NCBI GenBank assembly: GCA_040954595.2
Contig: CM082588.2
Location: forward strand, 8,540,844-8,604,843
Direction: 5' to 3'
Source: Balanoglossus misakiensis
Taxonomy: Eukaryota; Animalia; Hemichordata
Length of the DNA stretch: 64,000 bases
Shown here piece by piece: positions 55,101 to 64,000 of this stretch (the first letter of the stretch is position 1; every line of letters starts with the position of its first letter). Below the pieces are notes generated by a model. It saw only the letters and a program-made list of their open reading frames with translations. It searched no databases and had not been told where the DNA came from. Position numbers and translations under genes: made by a program.

Positions 55101-55324
55101 AAGAGCTGAAAAAATGTCTAATTTTCTTTGTCAAGTCAGCATTTTTTCGAGCAAGTAAAGTGCAAATGAATTCACTTCCAAACTACTGTCTTTAAAACAC
55201 CCATCTGTTTGTAATTTGTCTTCCTTACCAATATGTCATATGTCAGCACTTTGTGATGGAAAGGTCATCCAATAAGTATGGAGATTACTTTAGCCACTGG
55301 TTTCCTACCATATTCCTTTAAGTA

Positions 55325-55512
55325 CTGTAAAACGGGAAATTTTTGCGACCGGGAATTTTCGCGGTATCAAAGCGGCAACTGTTAAACGATGATTAATTTC
55401 CACGCTCTCATATTTCACTGCATCGTTATCTCCGAAAAACTTTTTTACGCAACTTTTTATTTCCGTGTTTTTTTGGCTCTCGCGATGTTTGTGAAAATTT
55501 CCCGTTTTACAG
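55325..55512. mobile_element. TA-flanked Tc1/mariner-like MITE
   Basis: ta|ctgtaaaacgggaaatttt ... aaaatttcccgttttacag|ta. Confidence 0.7.
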
Positions 55513-56139
55513 TATGGCACTCAGTGGATGTGTCCAGTGTGCCCTCTAACAAACATAACTATTTTTAAACTTTGAGTCAATTTGAGGATTTCTAGAAATT
55601 TCTCTGAATCAGCCCTATACATTTGCCTGTAGTGTGGATAATTTTCTTGAGTCACCAGTGAGTTTGTTGAGTCAGTTGCGCATCATATGGGCTTAGAGCG
55701 CACACTGATTGTCACAGTAATTCATGGATAAACACCATGTCAGCTAAACAACAGTCAAATATTGGGCTTTTCAACATGTTTCACAAATTAAGTTTAATCA
55801 CCAGAAAAAAATTGGTCAAAAAGCTCAGAACTGACAGCCAGTCTCTGCTACAGATGTCTTGTATAGTCACACAGCAGCTGGTAAGCCACCAGTCCTTGGC
55901 TATAAAGAGAACTGTCAAAAAATAAAGCCATATTTTGGAACAGATTGTGTTTATGCAAATTATGTGATTTTAAAAATTTCTTTTTCAGATTGTTTTAGCT
56001 GCTGATGCAGTTAGTCACGCCACGACTGCCGTGTGAATGACTAATCGTACGTACAACTACAAGTGATCATGAACTGAGAGAGTGTTTCATCGGTCTTCCT
56101 CAAAGGATATTTAAAAAGTTTGTCTTTTCATCGAGCAAA

Positions 56140-59100
56140 ATGTCTGGAATGATGGATTTGAGTTTTTTGACAGTCCAGGAAAAAGAACAAATTCTTAAAG
56201 TGCTGCAACGAGATGAAGAGTTGAAGAAAGAAGAGGACAAACGAGTAAGGTAAGAGTCGATTTGTAAAATAATTATTACTATTATCTGAAATAAGTACAG
56301 CATATAATGTTTTGTGATGATGTGAAGGTGATACTGTTGAAAAACTAAAAAAATTATGAAGCATACAGTCATTACTCTATATTATATCAAAATTGATAAA
56401 ATATTGCCATATGTTGGGAAAAAGTGATATTCTCAAGTACATGTACAGTAGAACCTGTCTAAACTGAACACTAACATGATTGAAGAAACTGTTCAGTTTG
56501 TAGAGGTGTCTTGTTTATAGAGGTTCTTTTGACATGTGGTTCAATGTCAAAGGGATGGGAAAGGTGTTCGGTATAGACAGGTTTTCAGATTAGACAGGGT
56601 TTGGTTCGGACAGGTTTTACTGTACATTGCAAAGTTCCACTTAACATGCTTAACCCTTTCACCACTATGGCCCACTCCAAATCTGTTGTTTTCTATGTTT
56701 AAGCTGGACCTCTATAAGGGGAACTGGGGGTGAAAGGGTTAAAGATTATACATTTCCCTCATTTTAGGTAGGGATTAATTGTTGCCACGTTGGTACTTAT
56801 AAAAAAAATGTAAGCAAAAATATTATTTTGAAGGAAATAGATAATGGTATAGCAATTCACATCTGTGTCTGCGGGCTTCACACAATGACACTGAGTTTGT
56901 TATTGTTTAACTGACCCTCACACCAAGAATAGTTACCCTCATATTATTCACAGGGACGTTGTCAAACATTACTAATGTCTTAATTAACCTAAATATTAAA
57001 GGTACATGTTGTAAAAGCAGAATATTCTCCCATGGTGAAGAAATATGGAGTCAGGAAATAGCTACAGCTAGTCTAGCCTCTACTCCTATATTAGAGCTTG
57101 CTATAAAAAAAATGATGTTGAGAATTTGCTTAAAGCGTGGTGCATACACATGTGTAGAGAAAAGTACAATATCGCTACACAAAGTGAAAATTTTATCCAT
57201 CACAGTCTATAGTGAAAAACAATAACCATAGAAAATAAAAACAGCATACATGAAATTCTACATTAAAAAAGTTGATCACAATATCAAACATTTCTAGCAA
57301 ATTTGCCATACAGCAGATCAGTAATTATAAAATTCATTCGTACAGGTTTTAAAAATGTTGCTTTTTATATGCGTTTCAAAATTGGCAAGTATTTAAAGAT
57401 TTAATGTGTATTTTTTGCTCCTGAGTAAGATATAGAAAACTGGCCTGAGTTTGTTTTGGGTGGTGTGAAAAGGGCATAGATGTGATGTGAATGCCCACAT
57501 ATTCTGCACCTAAAAAGTAAAATCCAATATGACCGTCCTTGTAATATCAATATGTCGGGTATAATAAATTTGTCTGAGAAACTGTTGGACCAGTGACTGA
57601 ATTTTATGTACTATGACTAATAATTAACATCTGGTTGTCGTGTGGATTAAGCACATGTTATTCGCTGATTACCACAATCAAACCTGGGATTATACCTTTG
57701 ATATATTGGTACATGTACATGACAAGGCAGAGATATTTAATTTAAAATTAAACACATGACCCATTTGTCCAGCATAACTTTGTCCTAACATCCTGTGAAA
57801 TGCGTAAAGACTCATTATATCATCAATCCAAGCTCAAATTTTTTGTTATTCAAATAACACTTTTTGTTGCCTTTTTTCTGTGCGAGTTGAGACCCGAATT
57901 GTTATGAATATAAGATGTATACCAGGCACCATTTTGAATCAGACTTGATATTAGTACGTTATTAACTCAAACTTGCTGGGATAATTTTTCATACTTCCAT
58001 ATTGAGATGTTTCCTCTTGATAAGGTATGTTTGATTTGTAAGAATATTGGGCCATGGACACTGTGACATTTGTAAGTTTGAATGAAAGTCACAAAGTGTA
58101 TTTCTTCTATTTGTCAGTACTGCAAAAAGCCGCCCTGTACAGTTGACACTGATTTTCAGACATTTGGTGTGACATTTGTGTTTAATACATGTACTTTCTC
58201 ATACTTTTTGGCTCATTTGTGTTCACTATGTGTTGACTTTGTAATATTTCATCATTTGACATCCCCCCCCCCCCAAACACTGATACTCGTCCATGGTTTG
58301 ATAATGTGCCCTGCCCCAGTTCATTTGAAGGTATACAGTCACCTAATGGAAAATTAGCTATAGTTACCATGGCAAATTGAGATCTAGCCAATCACAGATT
58401 TTCAGTGGGTGGCACACGCAAAAAAAAGGGCGCCACCATATGTTCTTTAGAACACCCAAAACGCCATTTCAGCCATATATGGGCGTATGTAAATTGGAGG
58501 TGACTGTATACCTTTAAGTCTTCACATGGCGACCCTTTTTCCTATTTCTTTACTGCACAGAGATTTTGACGAACCCTCTCAGTATTCAGGCCTTGCATCT
58601 GGAAACAACATGCATAAAAACATAATTGAGTCATAAATTAGAAGGAAGTAATTATCATGTATATGAAAGTCAATTAAATATAATCTGATCATGTGCAGTT
58701 TAACAGGGATAAAATTAGCAGGAAGTAATTATCATGTATATGAAAGTCAATTAAATATAATCTGCAGTTTAAAGGGACAAAGTCTCTCTTCCATCCCACT
58801 TGTTTTTGCTGTCATATCCTACAAACGGGACGGAAGTTGTGTGTGGTCGAATGTTGATTCACTATATATCCACATGTAAAATAAAATAAACGGTGTCTTG
58901 TATCGAACATAGTTAGGTAGCGAGGAAGACTTTGTCCCTTTAATGTATAATTTTATTCTGTTGCAAGTTCTACCTGCCAAAGGCTTGAAATTAAGTTCAC
59001 AGGTGGGCACTCCTATGCAGTAGCATACATGTACATGCATGCACATTTAAAGGTTGTGTTGACATTTTAATATATTAGTGAAATTGAGATAAAAAATATA

Positions 59101-60376
59101 ACTCGGTGAGAAAATGTAAGTTGACATGTCATCTGTGACACTTAGATTCATGTATATTTAATTGTGTGACAGGCGAGGTAGGGTGGGGTGGGGGTGGTTG
59201 ATATATTTCGGCAGACAAGATATTGACATTTTCCTGGTTTTATATACTTATCTATTTCCACTGTACACAGTAACTGTTATTGTTAAGAGTCACATGGTTT
59301 ATGATGATAGGTATATTTGGCAGCTGTTGCTGCAAAATTGAATTTTGTAATAACATATCTGCAATGAAACATTTACTATTTCCTCATTTAGTGGATGGGT
59401 GCCTATACTGTCTGACACAGTGCATACTTGTACTAGTAATTATATTAGAAGTGCTATGAGACACCCTTTGGCATTCTTGTTTCAATTCTACACTACATCC
59501 CCACTCCCACCCCCCCACCCCCCCCACTCCCAGGGTGCTTCCACAAAAGTCTGTGTAGATCATCAACAATGGTAACGCATGAAGCAGTTGCTATAATTAA
59601 AAAGGCCTGTGGTTTTAATATGACAGTGGGATTAAGTCTTGATTTGATCAGAATCAGCCTTTGCCATTATTGGTCATTATTATGTCATTCAGTCTTTGAC
59701 CTACTTTTATTTACCCTTCTTATAGAACCTACATTGTGGAACTCTCATTGACCTTGTACCTAGTAATCTTTTCGCAAAAATGGCAACTGCAACAACAATT
59801 TCACGACACTTGCAGGTGAAAAGAAGGCACAAAACTAAAGTCTACCAATATAATACAGTGCGCATGAAATATGAAAGGAAGCAAAGGCAGTCCACTTTTG
59901 AAATGTGTCAAACACAGAATTTGCAGAACATTTGGATTTGATGTAATTTTTGTGTACACGAATTTACACACATGTGCATATGATGATCGTCGGCTATTAA
60001 GTTTAATAATTTTTCACAAATTAAATCTCTTACTTTTCAACTCAACCAATATCATTGCACAAAGGTGTGTGTGCACTAGGCTACATGATTACTTCAAATT
60101 TTGTCATTTCAAAGAATAACAAAATCATACTATCAATATCTCTTTTTCTTGCAGAAAACTGCGATTTCAACTGTTGGAACTCCGTCAAAAGGGAGCCATC
60201 AAATCGGGCTCTGGGGATTCAACAAAGACCTGTGCCAGATGTAGGCAATCACTTGGCGTGGTTTTCTGCTCGGGAGACATTTGTCCCAAGTGCCAACACA
60301 AAGTGTGTCGCAACTGCAAAGTTTTCAAGTCGTCAGAGAATAAAACGTGGCTATGCGTCCTCTGTCATAAGCAGCG
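56140..60376 (+). CDS. Synaptotagmin-like protein (Slp/SYTL family Rab27 effector), N-terminal Slp-homology domain with zinc finger; gene continues beyond these exons
   Basis: Exon 56140-56249 MSGMMDLSFLTVQEKEQILKVLQRDEELKKEEDKRVR. Phase-2 intron. Exon 60155-60376 KLRFQLLELRQKG...CARC...CPKCQHKVCRNC...WLCVLC. Candidate 5'UTR donors at 53197 and 53482. Confidence 0.85.
56654..56738. mobile_element. piggyBac-like mini-MITE
   Basis: ttaa|ccctttcacc...ggtgaaaggg|ttaa. Confidence 0.7.
58329..58513 (+). mobile_element. Kolobok-like MITE family A
   Basis: aggtatacagtcacc...ggtgactgtatacct|ttaa. Confidence 0.75.
58773..58939. mobile_element. Internally deleted Kolobok-like MITE family B
   Basis: ttaa|agggacaaagtc...gactttgtccct|ttaa. 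Confidence 0.7.
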
Positions 60377-60885
60377 GTAAGATATCCCTGATTTGAATAC
60401 CTCAGATTATATTATTATATTATGTAGCATGTGTAGTGCAGATGATAATCATGTGAATCTGTCATATATGGGTTTCATACATGGACCATTAAGACGTTTC
60501 TGAAACGTCTCTAGTCAAATACTGGCGTAAATTATTATGTGTGAACGGTTAAAGTGGTCCTGAAACGTCTCAGATTTGAGACGGCTTTGCCAGCCAGACC
60601 TGAGCCGGTGTAAGGATTAACACCTCTCCGCAACCCATTGTCTATGGGGCCTAGCCTCAGGGCCTATACACAAACTTTGTGTGTGTGGACACAACGCGAC
60701 TCAAAGGATTGATGAAATCCCATAGAAAAATCTCTGCCCTGGGACAAAAGCGATGCATCTTGGGAGCACTTGTATGCGTTACTTTTGTCCTGAGTCGGCC
60801 ATCTTTGCTGGGAGATTTTTCTTTGGGATTTCCCCACACTGTCTTTTGTCGGCCGGAAGAGATCCCACAAGTGCAGTCTGGGTAA

Positions 60886-61680
60886 GGCTGCATTCACAAA
60901 CACCTCTGGAGGGGGGGGGGGGGGGGGGCGGGAGAATTCAATTTTTTTTACCGCTAATTTTCACATGCCCCCCTTCCGAACTGCCAATATTTTCAAATCC
61001 CCCCCTTCCGAACTGCCAAAATTTTGAAATCCCCCCCCATTGTCTTTCACAGAGCAAAACACATCACCTATCTATCTTGTAAAAAGAAAAACAGCGCTCC
61101 CATGAAAAGAATTTGAAACTGATGTTTCCCCTCATCAGTGGGTATTAAAACTGAACATTGTTTTTATTTTTTAAGTACCAATATTTGTATTCTGTGTTTG
61201 GAGACTTTGTAAACCAAGAATTGAAGGGGGTGTCCCCCTCCCACGTAAGAAAATTTTCTAAAATACAGAGCTCAAAGCTGCATTTTAATGAACCCGGCAA
61301 AAGCAAATTAACTCAACTACAGGTATGTTGGGGAGGACAAATTTAACCGTCGGCGCTCAAAGTTATCATGGGGTGGGGCAAGTCCCCTGACCTGGGACAC
61401 TAGATAAACCATTCAATGATTGAAAGGTGTTGATGAATGGAGGGGGTGGGTGTGGGAGGGGGTGTCCCCCTCCCACATTAGAAAATTTTGTAAAATAAAG
61501 GGCGCGATACTGCATTTTTGTGGACTCAAAATAAATATTTAGTCGTTAAAGTTTTCAAGTCCCCCCCTTTCAGTCCCTAAATTATTTCAAATCCCCCCCC
61601 TCACATACCCTCAATTTTTTCAAATCCCCCCCCCTCAATATTCCTGCCCCCCCCCTCCAGAGGTGTTTGTGAATGCAGCC
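60886..61680. mobile_element. PIF/Harbinger-like MITE (795 bp) in the SYTL intron
   Basis: taa|ggctgcattcacaaacacctctggaggggg ... ccccctccagaggtgtttgtgaatgcagcc|taa. Confidence 0.85.
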
Positions 61681-63181
61681 TAACCGACGAGACTATGTCT
61701 GATACTGATAAACTATAGCTGACATCACACGGTGTACTACATATTATAGTTCTTCACCCTGTCACAGCTGTGTGTAGTTTTCTGTAGTACCATATGGCTT
61801 AGGTGTGCCACTGGTCTTTCAAAGTGATGAAGATTACCGGTATTTTAGGATCATCAGCTTCTCTCCAAGTTTTCCAGCTTTGTTCTGTCTTTTCTTCTCT
61901 TAATTCTTTCTGGAAAATTCCGGGCAGTTCACATGAAAGAATCACCATGCACTCTGAAACCATATGATCTTTGGGTTTACAGTGGAGAGCTGAGTGGAAT
62001 TATACCTCGAGCAACTGTCCCCCGGTCAACCTCAGTGTGTTAGAACTGCATGTTACGGTGCTTGTGTGAGAGTGCATTATAAATGCTAACCTCTTTATAT
62101 GACAAGATGTTGGTCATGAAATGTTGCTCAAATCACTCTATGCCCACGTCATTATCCTAAGGATTAATCCTAAAGCATAAGGATCAGTTTATGAAGAAAA
62201 CTAAATAAATAAGCATATTTTGATAATGATAGATATGGAGAGAATATTCTAAAATTAGCAGCACATTGTTTGTGCACAACAAACACCTGCTGTCACTGTA
62301 TTTACACAAACAGCGAACGGTTTTAGAGTTGGACCCACTCGATTTAACATCTCTCTTTTATTTTTTTATGTTGTCCATTATTTAAAAACATTGGTCAGTT
62401 ACAGTAAAGCTATCAATATATAGTATTTCAGCAGAATCCTATAAATTCATATAGGGTAGGTACATGTATGTAGAATTACAATATAGATTTATGGACACAT
62501 GTGAATTGTCATTTATGAATATTCTTGGCAAAAACATTACCCTGGTACTACACACACTAAACATGTCATAAATTAAAAACCATGTTTCATCGTTATGGCT
62601 GGACAACAAACAAATGGGAAATTGAATATTAGAATTCAAAGGAATAACAGTGACGTGCTTACTTCTGACGTACAATCAAAATGTGAGATATTGGTATTGA
62701 TGGCGGTTGATATTTTGATCAGGCCATAAATAAATAAAAAAATGTTCCTTGTTTTGTTTTTGTTTTTTAACATTTTGTTGTTTTGTCAGTGTTTAAGTGA
62801 CTTTTAGTCTCGCTTCAGAATTAAATGCTTGAGCTTTATTTGTGTGTTTATAAATTGATGGCTGCACTGCACATTACAGTATATTATGTTTGATTCAATC
62901 ATGTTGTTAGCTTTCTATGTTCCTTTGCGTAAACATCTGATTTTTTCTTCCTGGCCTTGGGTACTTATTTTTGGAAATGTGATGACGCAGTCCTAAGTGG
63001 TAAATGCGTGGTTGATTTGGTATACGTTATACAGACTATTTTTAGAACAGTGTTTTGTTTTCCATAATGGCTGTACAACCAACGATGATTCACTGCCAAA
63101 AGGTCAAGTTTCCGGTGTTCTTGACTACATTTGGTTGTTGTATTTTAATTAATGGGTGAACTTTCTGATATGACATTTTAA

Positions 63182-63490
63182 AAGGACAAAGTCTGTCTCT
63201 CGCTGCCTTTTTTCCATTAATTATGTTTAATACAAGACTCTGTTTATGTTATTCCATATAGTGAATCAACGTTCAACCACACACAACTTCCATCTTGCTT
63301 GTAGATACAAGAGTGAAAAAACTCGCCAAAATGAATAATCGGTCTCTACCATTTATTCATTTTGGGCGAGCTTTTTCACTCTCATATACAAGTGGGATTG
63401 AAGTTGTGTGTGGTCGAATGTTGATTCACTAGATATCCACATGAAGAATATCATAAACGATATCTTGTATCAAACATAGTTAATGGAAAA
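63182..63490 (+). mobile_element. Kolobok-like MITE family B
   Basis: aaggacaaagtctgtctctcgctgcc...aaacatagttaatggaaaa. Confidence 0.7.
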
Positions 63491-64000
63491 CATCATTTGA
63501 TAGCGAAGGATACTGACCACATTCTCCTATCCCTTTCACATAGAAATTAGAACCACATGTTAAAAAACCGGACTCTATAAACCGGACACCTCTGCAAACT
63601 GAACAATTTCTTCAGCTCCTTTGGTGTCTGGTGGTTTTACTCTACCATCCTGTATATCATATGCATGTTCTTATATGAACAATTTTCCATCTTTTCTGCT
63701 TGCGGTGTTAAGGAGGGGAGAGGTAAGTCTCTGTGCAAAGAGGTGTGGATGTCAATGTTTGTTTATCTTTGGATTCTATATCTGTCTCCCTCCCTCCCTC
63801 TCCCTGTAAGTGTTTGTGTGTTGACACTCTGTTGTACTTGAGATTTTTCTTAGATTCTTGCATAAATTGCGGAAAAACAGAATTTCAATAAAATAGGCAT
63901 TTTGCAGTCCAATGGTCTGACCATCAAAAGGACAAAAAACATCAAGTAAAGTTGTAATTCATATCAATTTCGTGATGTATTTATTAATACCAGTCCAAGC

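Noticed and set aside
58636-58765. ~50-bp direct duplication
   Set aside because: Local intronic slippage with no evident function.

Overview
Eukaryotic, intron-rich, AT-rich genomic DNA. Gene content and repeat types suggest a marine invertebrate deuterostome (hemichordate/echinoderm/amphioxus-like); this is inference. I assembled exon chains by hand from splice signals and phase. (1) 1-5826 (-): a 3'-truncated multidomain gene, GT-B/GT4-like domain + TRADD-N-like domain + coiled coil + IFIT-like TPR region with the CHFTW motif. (2) An intronless insect-type AANAT-like GNAT. (3) A ~22-exon SUSD2/MUC4/mesh-like NIDO-IPT-AMOP-vWD-4xSushi-TM gene. (4) JAGN1. (5) A small eclosion-hormone-like secreted Cys peptide gene. 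(6) DYNLT (Tctex-1), head-to-head with (7) a SYTL/Slp-type Rab effector gene. The most striking non-coding structure is at 29671-33374: a 3.7 kb near-perfect palindromic element with IS3EU-like hallmarks (TATGG...CCATA ends, 6-bp TSD). Each arm carries a 63-bp tandem array and a SAM-domain mini-ORF. It sits inside a GC hairpin element and itself hosts a TAA-TSD Harbinger-like MITE. There are also many Kolobok-, piggyBac-, Tc1/mariner- and Harbinger-type MITEs, a Penelope remnant, a ~189-bp satellite and microsatellites. No database searches were run; family calls rest on motif recall.
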